Assembly (NCBI GenBank): GCA_051294375.1
Contig: JBJCIZ010000353.1
Span: forward strand, 1-57,076
DNA: 57,076 nt
Direction: 5' to 3'
From: Paraspadella gotoi
Lineage: Eukaryota; Animalia; Chaetognatha
Shown: positions 41,301-52,731 of the stretch, piece by piece
Layout: each line of letters starts with the position of its first letter
Numbering within the stretch: the first letter of the stretch is position 1
Notes under the pieces: generated by a model
What the model was told of the DNA's origin: nothing
The model's database searches: none
What the model saw: the letters and a program-made list of their open reading frames with translations, nothing else
Position numbers and translations under genes: made by a program

Positions 41301-44300
41301 TAGAGATGTTGAATGGAAATGGAACTCGCCGTAGAAAATCTGATTTTAAAGACGCTTGAAAAAAATTATGAGAGAAATAGTGGGGAGGGGATTAATTATA
41401 ACTACCATTTTTTTTTTTGTGCAAAGTTTAATCTACTAATCTAATGTGTAATTCTATCTGACGAAAATTGTGCGCATATATTTGTCTCTCTTATTAATTA
41501 ATTATTATTATTATTATTCGATAAACTATTGTAATAATAATTGTAACAGATATTAACGATGAAAAAAAAATGAATTGAAAAAAAATCACATGCAAAAAAA
41601 ATATACAAGATAAATCTGATCCACGGTGTTTTTTTATTTTTCCTCTAACTATTTTTATTAAAAACAGAAAAAAAAAACAGTCAAGCGCCCGAAGCGGTTA
41701 TTAGCTAATTAGGTTAAGTTAATTAATTAATCAATCATCGGGGTCCGTTGGGGGTCAGAGCCGTCTTTGAAACGAGAACAAAACGGATGGCCGTTAGGGT
41801 AGGAACAGAAAACGGCCTAATCCAAAAACGTATTCAGTATCTACAATTACTCAAGAAGAAACTTTGGAAAGAGTTCGAAATAAATGGCGTCGATCTAGGG
41901 ACTAAATCCCCTGTTGACAGTTACACCGGGTACGTCAGGTTCAACAAAGTACATCTGGTACTGCGCGTGATCGAGTTCCGCCTCTTTCACGCAACGGTTA
42001 ACTCCCTTCGCTTGACCACAAGTTGAACGATTTTCTTTTTGCTTCGAGGCCGAAGCCGATAGATCCCCGCCCGCCGCCGCGCCGCCGCGCCAGCGCCCGC
42101 CGCCCTCGCCAGCGCCGCTATCCGAGGTAGACGGGAGAGCCGGAGCTCCTTTTCCGCGAAGCGAAGAACCAGCATCCCCGCTAACGAAGACGCGCACGAC
42201 TACTCCTCTTTTCCCGCCCCACCAGCCGCGCGCGCGCAGCCTGCGTGAGGAAAAAACTTATGCGTGAGTGAGGACCGGGGAGGAGAGGGAAAGGAAGAGT
42301 AAACGGAAACGGGAAGCTTGGCTTTCGATCTCCGATTGTTATTACGATCTTCGGAGAGGCGGCATGTGCGCCGGGCGTGCGCGCCGTGCGCGGCTCGCGT
42401 AGCCTGCTAGTGCAGTGCGACAGGATTGCGCATGCACGGACAATCCGAGCCACGCGTGCTGACCGCAAGGCACAGCGGGCAATTAATGTTTGTTTTTTCT
42501 CTCTCTCTCTCTCTCTCCTCCAACTACCGTATTAGATTGATGGTAAACCCGGATGTTTCACACGACAATTCAATACCCTGACTTGAAAAATTCGGCTTCC
42601 ACAATCCACGTCTTCCATGGCGAGAGAATGAGGGGGGGAGATAAGGGGGCAGGAGGAGGACTCGGCAAAACTCTCGGATCGTCTCTCCTGCGCCGGAGGC
42701 AATTTCGAAGGGCCACCTGACAAAAAAAAGAGAGAGAGAGAAGAGAGAGAGAGAAGATTATTTATTAAATTATTTCAATTATATTTATTTATTTTTATTT
42801 TGTTTACCGCGAGGTGGATTGACGGCGAATCGATGATTTCCAAAGAGTACAGCTTGGTTTGAGAGAAATGCAAGACACCAGAAAACGATCCTTTCATCTC
42901 ATCCTGCAAAAAAGAAAAAAAGACGCGGCAGGTATTATTGTCTCTTCTCTCTCTCTTCTCTCTCTGTCTTTCACTTCATTTTTTCCAACGCGATTTTTGT
43001 TATGTGAAGTCGGCCCACAGCTGAGCGTGGCATAGAGTCCAAGTTTTCGCCTCCAAAAACTGTGAGAGGCGAACCTGAAAGACACGGAGGAACATCTTGC
43101 GTTTTTAACATTTTTCTCACAAAAATAAAAAAAAAAAAAAAAAAAAAACAAAAAACTCAAAATAATCTGTGCCTTACTAGGAAGCGGCAAAGTCCGTGAT
43201 GGGTGCCAAAAATTTGAGATCTCATGTAGAAAGAAGACCGCGGATCGTTGTATTTCACGTGATACACGAAAGAATCTAGACAATTAAAAAAAACATAATA
43301 TAATTAATAATAAGTTAATTAAAAAAATTTTAAATTCTTCTCTCCCTTCACCCGATAATCGTAGAACATGAGATTGACCTCCACGTCATATTCTATTCGG
43401 GGGAAACGCTTTAGGAAGCTCAAAAACCACATGTACTCCAGACACAATCTCTTGGCGTGTCACAAGATTATCGTTGACGAAAATATACAAAAGGAGGGGA
43501 AGTGGGATTGGGGGGTAACAAAGTGGAGGGGAACAAGGATTACAGGGATGATATGAGGGAAAAAAGTGGTGGTGCGATCTATGACCCCGCGTTGATTAAA
43601 CCTTAGTTTTTTCTCAAAATATTTTTGATATTTAAAAAAACATTCACCTCACGTATAGATGACGCGATTGTTAAACCTCATAGTTGTGATTAAGAACCAA
43701 TATGAGCGTCTCAGAGACGGTTTGACCGATTTCATTTCCGGTCGCAACACGTATCTCTTTAATTGCGTTTAGTTGTAGCAATTCTCGTGAAACATACTTG
43801 AAAGGCGATTCTATGAATTTCCTTTTAAAGATTAATAGTTTTTAATAATAAACACTTTTCTTTTCGTTTAACTCTATAATTATTTAATATTAAATAGTAC
43901 CGTAATTAGGAGTTTACGATTAACTTTGGCAAAACCCGTCGAATTCCGTGGTGGCCCTGTTGCGTTTCTCCGTGTGATAATCTACAAACTCTTTATAAAA
44001 TCGCTCTGAGCGAAAGAATAAACCGAATATATCTTTCCAATTTTAATCCTAGATTTAAGAACCGTGGCTAGGTTTCTATAGTAAATAAAATAATGATCTT
44101 TTCGCCAAAATCCGCGATCAGTCTAGGGGTAATATTTAACGTTTTGTTTATATTTACGGGCAAGAAAAAGTTGAAAAAAACTCAATTCCTCTTTCTCTAT
44201 CTCTTTCTGCGTCAATGGAGATACATGCTCAAAAATAATTTTACGTTATCGGGAACAGTTATTTTAATTTCGAGAATGAAACTAAGGTTACGCAACGCAA

Positions 44301-44982
44301 AGTAAAAATGTACCATGGTATATAAATTAAAAACGATCGAAAAAAATCTTTTGTTTCTATCATCGATCTCTCGCGACATCTAGCGAGTCGAGACTAAAAC
44401 CTTCACCCCTTTATAAAAACAAAAAACTCACCCGCGAGATTCCGGCCGGTCCAACTCGAATGCACGTCCCTCCACGATGTCGAGAAATAAAGCATCGATT
44501 TCCTTCTGAGAATAAGCATAAAACTCTCCAGTGGGTAAATATTCGGATTGACATTTGCCATACCTTAAAATATTAATGATAATAATAAGGTTAATGAAAG
44601 ACGAATGAAAAAATAATTAGATAACCTCGTAAAAACAATTACAAATTTGTGAAGTCCCAATAGGTCAAAAAATTCGGCCGTTGTCCGAGTTCCAAATGCC
44701 CGGCTTCGTCGAAATAAGCGTAATTCATCCGATTAGAGACGCCCGCCAAGCCACACGCACACATAGACTAAAAAAAATATTTTTTTTAAGAAAAAATGTT
44801 TTTTGTCGTTTTTTTCAAACGAATGAAACTTAAAAAAAACTTTTTTTAACTCACTTTAAAAAGCAAAATAATATGACTTCTTTTCGTGATATAGATGAGT
44901 TGCGTATTTGGTCATTTTCAACCAATGATTTGAAAACTCACAAATAAGCGGATGCGGGAGAGTTAAGAAAAGAGAGAGAAAG
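32380..44982 (+). repeat. Indel-riddled inverted copy of 45008-57076 (structural/integrase cluster on +, pPolB C-terminal half on -)
   Basis: Gene-by-gene reverse-complement match: ATPase about 32557-33380, integrase about 34624-35850, MCP about 37437-38838, protease about 38868-39411, PC4-like about 40122-41359. Confidence 0.96.
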
Positions 44983-45007
44983 NNNNNNNNNNNNNNNNNN
45001 NNNNNNN
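44983..45007. other. Assembly gap (25 N) at the centre of the inversion
   Basis: Run of N. Confidence 1.
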
Positions 45008-45015
45008 TTTTTTAG

Positions 45016-46622
45016 TCTATGTTGCGTGGTGGCTTGGCGGGCGTCTCTAATCGGATGAATTACGCTATTTCGACGGAAGCCGGGCATTTGGAGAACTCGG
45101 ACACGGCCGAATTTTTGACCTATTGGGACTTCACAAATTTGTAATTGTTTTTTACGAGGTTATCTAATTATTTTTTTCATTCGTTTTCATTAACCTTATT
45201 ATTATCATTAATATTTTAAGGTATGGCAAATGTCAATCCGAATATTTACCCACTGGAGAGTTTTATGCTTATTCTCAGAAGGAAATCGATGCTTTATTTC
45301 TCGACATCGTGGAGGGCGACGTGCATTCGAGTTGGACCGGCCGCGAATCTCGCGGGTGAGTTTTTTGTTTTTATAAAGGGGTGAAGGTTTTAGTCTCGAC
45401 TCGCTAGATGTCGCGAGAGATCGATGATAGAAACAAAAGATTTTTTTCGATCGTTTTTAATTTATATACCATGGTACATTTTTACTTTGCGTTGCGTAAC
45501 CTTAGTTTCATTCTCGAAATTAAAATAACTGTTCCCGATAACGTAAAATTATTTTTGAGCATGTATCCTCCATTGACGCAGAAAAGAAAGATAGAGAAAG
45601 AGGAATTGAGTTTTTTTCAACTTTTTCTTGCCCGTAAATATAAACAAAACGTTAATATTACCCCTAGACTGATCGCGGATTTTGGCGAAAAAGATCATTA
45701 TTTTATTTACTATAGAAACCTAGCCACGGTTCTTAAATTAGGATTAAAATTGGAGAAGATATATTCGGTTTATTCTTTCGCTCAGAGCGATTTTATAAAG
45801 AGTTTCGTAGATTATCACACGGAGAAACGCAACAGGGCCACCACGGAATTCGGACGGGTTTTGCCAAAGTTAATCGTAAACTCTAATTACGGTACTATTT
45901 ATATTAAATAATTATAGAGTTAAACGAAAGAAAAGTGTTTATTAATTAAAAACTAATTAATCTTTAAAAGGAAAATTCATAGAATCGCCTTTCAAGTATT
46001 GTTTCACGAGAATTGCTACAACTAAAAAGCAATTAAAGAGATACGTGTTGCGACCGGAAATGAAATCGGTCAAACCGATCTCTGAGACGCTCATATTGGT
46101 TCTTAATCACAACTATGAGGTTAACATCCGTCAAGCTATCTACGTAGGAGGTGAATGTTTTTTTAAATATCAATAAATATTTTGAGAAAAAACTAAGGTT
46201 TAATCAACGCGGGGTATACGCACCACCACTTTTTTCCCTCATACTCATCCCTGTAATCCTTGTTCCCCTCACACTCCCCCCAACCCACTTCCCCTCCTTT
46301 TGTATATTTTCGTCAAGCGATAATCTTGGACACGCCAAGAGATTGTGTCTGGAGTACATGTGGTTTTGGCTTCCTAAAGCGTTTCCCCCGGAAAGAAAAG
46401 ACGTGGAGGTCAATCTCATGTTCTACGATACGGGTGAGGGAGAGAAGAATTAAAATTTTTTAATTAATTAATTAATTAATTATATTATGTTTTTTTTAAT
46501 TGTCTAGATTCTTTCGTGTATCACGTGAAATACAACGATCCGCGGTCTTCTTTCTACAGAGATCTCAAATTTTTGGCACCCATCACGGACTTTGCCGCTT
46601 CCTAGTAAGGCACGATTATTTT

Positions 46623-46659
<37 letters not shown>

Positions 46660-47010
46660 AGAAAAATGTTAAAAACGCAAGATTTCCGTGTCTTTCAGTT
46701 CGCCCTCTCACAGTTTTTGGAGCGAAAACTTGGACTCTATGCCCACGCTCAAGCTGTGGGCCGACCACAACAAAAATCGCGTTGGAAAAAATGAAGGTGA
46801 GAAGAGAGAGAGAGAGAGAGAGAGACAATTAACCCTCGCCGCGTCTTTTTTTTCTTTTTTTCAGGATGAGATGAAGGATCGTTTTCTGGTGTCTTGCATT
46901 TCTCTCAACCCAAGCTGTACTCTTTGGAAATCATCGATTCGCCGGTCAATCCACCTCGCAGGTAAACAAAAAAAAAATAAATAAATAAAATGAAATAATT
47001 TAATAAATAA

Positions 47011-47043
<33 letters not shown>

Positions 47044-47975
47044 GTCAGGTGGCCCTTCGAATTGCCTCCGGCGCAGAGAGACGATCCGAGAGTTTTTGCC
47101 GAGTCCTCCCACTCCCCCCTTATCTCCCCCCCCATTCCCGCCATGGAAGACGTGGATTGGGAAGCCGAATTTCAACGGGTATTGAATCTGTCGGTGGAAC
47201 ATCCGGGTTTACCATCATCTAACGGTGAGTGAGAGAGAGAGAGAGAGAGAGAGAAACAAACATTAATTGCCCGCGCGCGGCAGCACGCGTGCCGATGTCC
47301 GTGCATGCGCAACCCTCGCACGCACGCAGGCACGCGAGCCCGCGCACGGCGCGCACGCCCGCGCACATGCCGCCCTCCGAGACCGTAATAACAAATCGGA
47401 GATCGAAAGCCAAGCTTCCCGTTATCCGTTTACTCTCCTTTCCCTCTCCTCCCCGCCCTCACTCACGCAAAGTTTTTTCTCACGCAGGCGCGCGCGCGCG
47501 GCTGGGGGGCGGGGAAAAGAGGAGTGTCGTGCCGTCTTCGGTTAGCGGGGATGCGGTTCTTCGCTTCGCGGAAAAAGGAGCTCCGGCTCTCCCGTCTACC
47601 TCGGATAGCGGCGCTGGCGAGGGCGGCGGCGCTGGCGGCGGCGGCGGCGGCGGGGATCTATCGGCTTCGGCCTCGAGCAAAAAGAAAATCGTCAACGTGG
47701 TCAAGGCGAAGGGAGTTCAACGTTGCGTGAAAGAGGCGGAACTCGATCACGCGCAGTACCAGATGACTTTGTTGACCGACGTACCCGTGTGTAACGTCAA
47801 CAGGGGATTCAGATCCCTAGATCACGCCATTTATTTCGAAACTCTTTCCAAAGTTTCTTTGAGTAATTTAGAACTGAAACGTTTTTGGATTAGCCGTTTT
47901 CGTTCCTTACCCTACGGCCATCCGTTTTGTTCTCGTTTCAAAGACCTCGACCCCCCAACGGACCCCGATGATTGA
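45016..47975 (+). CDS. pPolB polymerase domain, spliced. Exons 45016-45140, 45221-45355, 45506-45891, 45971-46150, 46318-46433, 46508-46604, 46699-46796, 46865-46961, 47049-47224, 47488-47975
   Basis: Joining at GT-AG sites restores SMLRGG, motif A YWDFTNLYG...LPTG, GFILE, motif B KLIVNSNYGKF, AIYVG, motif C FYDTDSF, GKMKDE, KLYSL, KAKGV and LKRFW...SLPYGH. Three exons need a 1-nt correction. Confidence 0.9.
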
Positions 47976-48324
47976 TTAATTAACTAATTAGCTAATAACC
48001 CTCGTGGGCGCTGACTGTTTTTTTTTTCTGTTTTAATAAAAATAGTTAGAGAAAAAAAAACGCCGTGGATCAGATTTATCTTGTATATTTTTTTGCATGT
48101 GATTTTTTTCAATTCATTTTTTTTTCATCGTTAATATCGTTACAATTATTATTACAATAGTTATCGAATAATAATAATAATAATAATAATAAAAAGAGAG
48201 ACAAATAAGCGCACAATTTTCGTCAGATAGAATACACATTAGATTAGTAGATTAAACTTTGCACAAAAAAAAACAATGGTAGTTATAATTAATCCCCCCC
48301 CCCCTATTTCTCATTATAATTTTT

Positions 48325-49524
48325 TCAAGCGTCTTTTAACAGATTTTCTACGGCGAGTTCCATTTCCATCAACTCCTCTAGCGAAGCGGACCGTTTGCTT
48401 TCTTCCAAACTTTGCGGCATCCCCGAAAACAAGAGTTCGTCAAACTCCATCCGCATCGACCGAGCTTCTTCGTTCCCCTCTTTCTCCTCCTCCATCTTCT
48501 CTTCCCCTTTCCCCATTTCTTCTTCGACCACTCCTTCCATCGCCTCTTCGATTTCGGCCATCATCGCGGCAGCCCCCACCACGTCTTCCTCCTTGGTCTC
48601 TACGCATCTCTTCTTTCGCGACGGAGGGCAGTTCTTCCGCTTCTTTCGCTTGACAGCCCCGCCCTTCCCAGCAGCTTCGACCACCTCGGACGCGGAAGCA
48701 GCGGCGACACCGGCTGAGCTATTAGGTACGGTTGGGATCTCGGTAGGAAGGGAAGGGATAGCTTTTTCGATCACTTTTTTGTTGATATTATTTTTATTAT
48801 TACTCTTTTTTTTTTCTTCTTCTTCTTCTTCTTCTTCTTTACGATGATGATGATTAAATTGAGAGGGAGGGACGATGGTAGAATTTAAAATCGTCGGTGG
48901 GGGTAAAATTTGATTAACCAACGCGATCGTTAGTCGACCCCCAAAAACGGATCCTCCGTTTACGAAGCAATGAACCATTCGATTCACTTGCGCGATCACC
49001 GAATCCACGTTTTCAGCCTGACAGCAAAAAGTTCGCGTCACGTTTTCCGATATGTGACGCGTTATGACGCTCGTGAAAAAGCGCAAGGTCTTGAATTCTT
49101 CCGCGTCCAAGGTCACCGCCGGTTGCAACTGAGGGGGTTCCGCTCCACGACTTTCGCTCGTCGCCTCGATGTTATTCTTGCGAATCTTTTCGTTTTCGTT
49201 CAAACAGCTTCTAAACGTGATGGCCGGAGTCAGTTTGCCTCGAAAATGATTGACGTGAATCACGATTTTGAGTCGATTGGAAAGCGTTCTCACTTTGGGC
49301 TCCGCGTTCGGCCATTGTTGCATTTCCATCTCCAACTCGCGCAAGTCTCGGTCGATTTCGTTTCCTTGAAATTCAAAGTTTTTCCATTCCCCCACGGATA
49401 TCGTTACTTTGTCTTTGCTGGCGATTCCATTATCTTTTAAGAAAGTGATGAAATAGGCGTACAGGGAACTCGTCGTAACCACCCTCGTCTTAGGGCTCAA
49501 AGGAAAAAACCCGTCGGAACTCAT
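48325..49524 (-). CDS. Putative ssDNA-binding protein with two PC4-like repeats and a low-complexity, acidic C-terminal half containing an NLS-like segment
   Basis: Repeats ending KVTISVGEWKNF and AVTLDAEEFKTL, plus IHVNHFRGK, resemble PC4 (VSVRDFKGK...GISLNPEQWSQL). KRKKRK..RKKR is NLS-like. Confidence 0.6.
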   Translation of the reverse strand: MSSDGFFPLSPKTRVVTTSSLYAYFITFLKDNGIASKDKVTISVGEWKNFEFQGNEIDRDLRELEMEMQQWPNAEPKVRTLSNRLKIVIHVNHFRGKLTPAITFRSCLNENEKIRKNNIEATSESRGAEPPQLQPAVTLDAEEFKTLRFFTSVITRHISENVTRTFCCQAENVDSVIAQVNRMVHCFVNGGSVFGGRLTIALVNQILPPPTILNSTIVPPSQFNHHHRKEEEEEEEEKKKSNNKNNINKKVIEKAIPSLPTEIPTVPNSSAGVAAASASEVVEAAGKGGAVKRKKRKNCPPSRKKRCVETKEEDVVGAAAMMAEIEEAMEGVVEEEMGKGEEKMEEEKEGNEEARSMRMEFDELLFSGMPQSLEESKRSASLEELMEMELAVENLLKDA

Positions 49525-49671
49525 ATTTTTTTCTCTTTTTTTTTCTTCTTCTTCTTTTTCTTAGTCAATGTTTTGTAATAAAAAAAATAAGTGGGGTGCG
49601 AAAGGTTTTATAGTTTTTTTAAATTTCATTTTATTATGTAATTTTTTTTATCCTCATCCTCTTCTTTTTCT

Positions 49672-50172
49672 CTATTCCCGATCCGGTTTGGGCGTGGCGT
49701 TTTCCTCGTCCGAATAGTCGTTGATGCTCAAGTTCGCAAATTGCGCCGATAAAGCTCCAATTTTGAGATCGGACGGACGGCCATTGGGCTCGAGGCCATC
49801 AGATCCGTTAATCCCTTGGACATTGTGGATGCACCTCGGGTCCTCCTTCGTCCTCGTCTCCTTCCGCCACTTGCTGCCCCACTTCCACCAATCATTTCGA
49901 TCTTCTTCTTTCGTGGGCGTCCCCTGCGGCGGCGTCCCTTTCCCTTGACACCGAGCGCATGGGCATGAGCAACAACGGGACGCGATCTTCTCCTCCTCCT
50001 TCCCCTCCTTCGCTTGACCATCGTTATCGGAGACGGCCGAGTCTTCGGTAGAGTTGATCGAGTCGATGGTGCCGACGCTACTGAGGCTTCCAGAGTCTTC
50101 TTCTTCTTCGAATATTAACAGATTATTATTTACTTCCGCCAATGGAAAAGGAGATTCTTTTTGCGGACACAT
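49672..50172 (-). CDS. Unknown 166-aa protein, Ser/acidic with a Cys cluster
   Basis: ATG after an A-run, co-oriented in the cluster, RCCSCPCARC motif. Present in the inverted copy. Confidence 0.65.
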   Translation of the reverse strand: MCPQKESPFPLAEVNNNLLIFEEEEDSGSLSSVGTIDSINSTEDSAVSDNDGQAKEGKEEEKIASRCCSCPCARCQGKGTPPQGTPTKEEDRNDWWKWGSKWRKETRTKEDPRCIHNVQGINGSDGLEPNGRPSDLKIGALSAQFANLSINDYSDEENATPKPDRE

Positions 50173-50208
50173 GATTTTTTCTCTCTCTTCTTCTTCTTTT
50201 ATACTTTT

Positions 50209-50733
50209 TTAAAAAAGGGAAAAGGCTTCCTCGTTGACCAAAGGCGTGGGATCCGCTTCAAAGGCGCTGATCACCGACCAAGCTAAGGCGTCGAAATACC
50301 AGGGATTTTCCGAGTGTTTTTTCACCTTTATCTCGTAGACTTCTTCCAAAATCTCTTTCAGAGAATAATTTCGCGCGGAATAAAGAACGAATAAAATATT
50401 GTGATTTCCACAAGTCGCGGAATAATCGTTTTGCAGCTTAAAGTTGTTAAAGTAAATGGGCTTGGATGCGGGAACGTTGTCCTTTAAATACTTTTCGAAC
50501 TGGGGATTTACGAGAGGAGAGGAGCCGATGGGGTCGAAGTACACCACTTTATCCGGAGAGAAGTAAAATGTGCTCCAATGGGAACCCAAGGATGCGGATG
50601 CCGAGTGATTGGCGGTGATGGCGCAAACTGAATCGGTAGGGGGGGGCAAATCGTCGCTCGGGTGACTCCCTAAAAATATTTTCTTGGCGAAAGGATCGTT
50701 TCCCAAAATTTTATCTATGGCTAAAGAATACAT
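50209..50733 (-). CDS. Adenain-like (C5 family) virion maturation cysteine protease
   Basis: GSHW (His), YFDPIG (Asp), LQNDYSATCG (Gln/Cys). Confidence 0.93.
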   Translation of the reverse strand: MYSLAIDKILGNDPFAKKIFLGSHPSDDLPPPTDSVCAITANHSASASLGSHWSTFYFSPDKVVYFDPIGSSPLVNPQFEKYLKDNVPASKPIYFNNFKLQNDYSATCGNHNILFVLYSARNYSLKEILEEVYEIKVKKHSENPWYFDALAWSVISAFEADPTPLVNEEAFSLF

Positions 50734-50758
50734 GATGATGATGATGATGATGATCAGA

Positions 50759-52132
50759 TTAATAATCCATGGATATGTCTCTCGAAGAATTAAGAAATAA
50801 ATTCCCGCTTATTTCGGTTAACAATAATAATACGAGGGCAGGGTTTGAAGAGTCTTTTGTAAAATTTATTTCTAATCTCGATGTGCAAACAGAACGCGGT
50901 TCGTCGTGGTCGTCTAAAAAGCTTTTATAACTCCCCGTTTCTAGAGAGTAAATCGCTAATCCATTAGCGAAATCGTCGTAAGAAATCGGACAAGGACTGT
51001 TGTACTTGAAATGTTGATTGATCAACGTCCAGTAAGCCGATTCGTATTTTTTATTTTTGTAATCCAAATTCTCCAAACCGGATGGAAACGGCAAAACCAC
51101 ATTGTCGATGGTCAACTTGAGAGATTCAAGATTGAAATGGCCAAATTCGAAAGGGCTTTTATCGGCCGCCCCCAAAAACGCGGTTTGAGTCACTAAGGCG
51201 ACTATTATGCTATTGGGTTTTAAGTTGTTATAAAAAATTCCATCAAAGTATACGCTCTTGGCATTTTGATTTATGACATAGGGTCGACAAGTCATAATTT
51301 TAGAACCATATAACACTCCTCCTTTGCTATTTATTTCTTGCTCTAATGAAATCTTTAAAGACGGAATCACGTCAATCCGTCTGACCAAAAGTTTCATCTG
51401 TTCGATCTTAATTTTGTATTTGGATTCGGCATTTTCCGCATCTGACCTACAAGCAAAATTAAAATTTGATTTTACAAAGTCTAGGTGAAGCGTCGTCATT
51501 GGTATTAAAAATTTTGACTGTGTGGTTAATGCTGTCTGAACGTTGCCAAATAGGCGTATGGTGCGACTTTCGGCCGTTAAAGAGGCCCGCTCTTTAAACG
51601 AAGAGGCGGGAGCCGCGGAGTGCGCCGAATTCTTGTCAAATTCTCTATCTCCAAAAAATCCTTGCATTCGCAGTTTATTGTCTTTTAAATCTCTTCCATA
51701 ATACAACGTGTTGATAAAATGGCATAGATAGGGGTAAGTATTGTACGAATCGCAAATGTTGACCCCGTTGACCCGAAAACTTAAACTAGAAAAAATCGAG
51801 GAAGCAATCCCGTCTTCGAACCCGACGCTGTTCCCAACACCATCGGCTCCTGGCGCCGTAAAAGGCGGTAAATTACTTCCATCAGCTTGAACCAAAGACA
51901 AATCCACTTGATACACGAGAGATGCCAAGTCCGTGTACATAGATGACGGGGCCACCTCAAAGGATATCACCGAAGAGCTTTCTGTGATGGGAGTAGAGCT
52001 ATAAATGGATTCGACTTTTGTCCCCAAAATCCCATATTGCTTTAAACTGGGAGTAAACATGTCGAGCCCCATAGTTATACATTCTTGGGTGCTTGAAAAT
52101 CCAGGGGGGCGTACCATTTTATCTTCCGCCAT
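50759..52132 (-). CDS. Double jelly-roll major capsid protein (hexon-like, PY)
   Basis: 457 aa. The N-terminal ECITMGLDMF, YTDLAS, SSIFSSL, NTYPY, QSKFLIP and SPFEFGHFNL pattern is typical of Polinton MCPs. It lies next to the protease. Confidence 0.92.
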   Translation of the reverse strand: MAEDKMVRPPGFSSTQECITMGLDMFTPSLKQYGILGTKVESIYSSTPITESSSVISFEVAPSSMYTDLASLVYQVDLSLVQADGSNLPPFTAPGADGVGNSVGFEDGIASSIFSSLSFRVNGVNICDSYNTYPYLCHFINTLYYGRDLKDNKLRMQGFFGDREFDKNSAHSAAPASSFKERASLTAESRTIRLFGNVQTALTTQSKFLIPMTTLHLDFVKSNFNFACRSDAENAESKYKIKIEQMKLLVRRIDVIPSLKISLEQEINSKGGVLYGSKIMTCRPYVINQNAKSVYFDGIFYNNLKPNSIIVALVTQTAFLGAADKSPFEFGHFNLESLKLTIDNVVLPFPSGLENLDYKNKKYESAYWTLINQHFKYNSPCPISYDDFANGLAIYSLETGSYKSFLDDHDEPRSVCTSRLEINFTKDSSNPALVLLLLTEISGNLFLNSSRDISMDY

Positions 52133-52162
52133 TTTGTTTTGTTTTTTCCCCCCTTTTTATTT

Positions 52163-52684
52163 TTAAGCCGTAAATATTTTTAATCGAGGATTTATTTTCT
52201 TCTTTTTATTCTTTCTTTTTCTTTTTCCTTTTCCCTTTTGATGAACAGTTTTCTTCGCACGTTTTACTTTTATAGGTTTATCTTTGGTCAATGAGTCCAT
52301 CAAACTATCCGCCCCCCTTTTTAAAGCGGCCTTCACGTTGGTTTTTCCCGTCTCTACCGCTTTTTTCAAAGATTCTTTAGGCTCTTTTCCCTTCTTAGAA
52401 ATAAGATCCGTTAAACCACCAACTGCCGCAGACGAACTAGCTTGTAACAAATCCCCAGCCACCCTTTTTGCTATGGGTTTTGCCATTTTTAAAGCCGGTT
52501 TGATTCCCTTGGTCGATTGAGCTATCAAGGGTTTGATAAATCTAAATAACTTTGAAAATAGTCCCGATATTGCTCCCTGTCCCCTTTGTAAGGTTAGATA
52601 ATGTTTTTGAGGGGGGGTGCGGGTTGAATGGGTATTGAGATAGGGAGGCAAGTGTTTAAAGGGTAATTTAATCGTGTGAATCAT
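52163..52684 (-). CDS. PZ-like basic core/membrane-active virion protein
   Basis: QRGQG followed by the amphipathic AISGLFSKLFRFIKPL and a Lys/Arg-rich tail, located between penton and MCP. Confidence 0.8.
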   Translation of the reverse strand: MIHTIKLPFKHLPPYLNTHSTRTPPQKHYLTLQRGQGAISGLFSKLFRFIKPLIAQSTKGIKPALKMAKPIAKRVAGDLLQASSSAAVGGLTDLISKKGKEPKESLKKAVETGKTNVKAALKRGADSLMDSLTKDKPIKVKRAKKTVHQKGKGKRKRKNKKKKINPRLKIFTA

Positions 52685-52731
52685 TTTGCCGATCGATCGT
52701 AAAGAATTCGTTCCGTCGATCGATTGATTGT

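Noticed and set aside
33221-44305. Many short ORFs as separate genes
   Set aside because: They are frameshift fragments or antisense shadows of the inverted copy of the clean cluster.
46320-46915. Programmed frameshifting at the three 1-nt discrepancies in pPolB
   Set aside because: They lie at or near short homopolymers in an error-prone assembly, so sequencing error or mutation is more parsimonious. The A-run at about 46790 has the same length in both copies and should be rechecked.
46800-47255. (AG)n/(CT)n tracts as Polinton terminal repeats
   Set aside because: They lie inside pPolB introns and are ordinary microsatellites.
45408-47487. ORF-track starts at 45408, 46151, 46500, 46688 and 47229 as independent genes
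   Set aside because: Their N-terminal parts are translated intron sequence; only the exonic portions match pPolB.
48276-49440. + strand ORFs opposite the PC4-like gene
   Set aside because: Antisense shadows with low-complexity composition.
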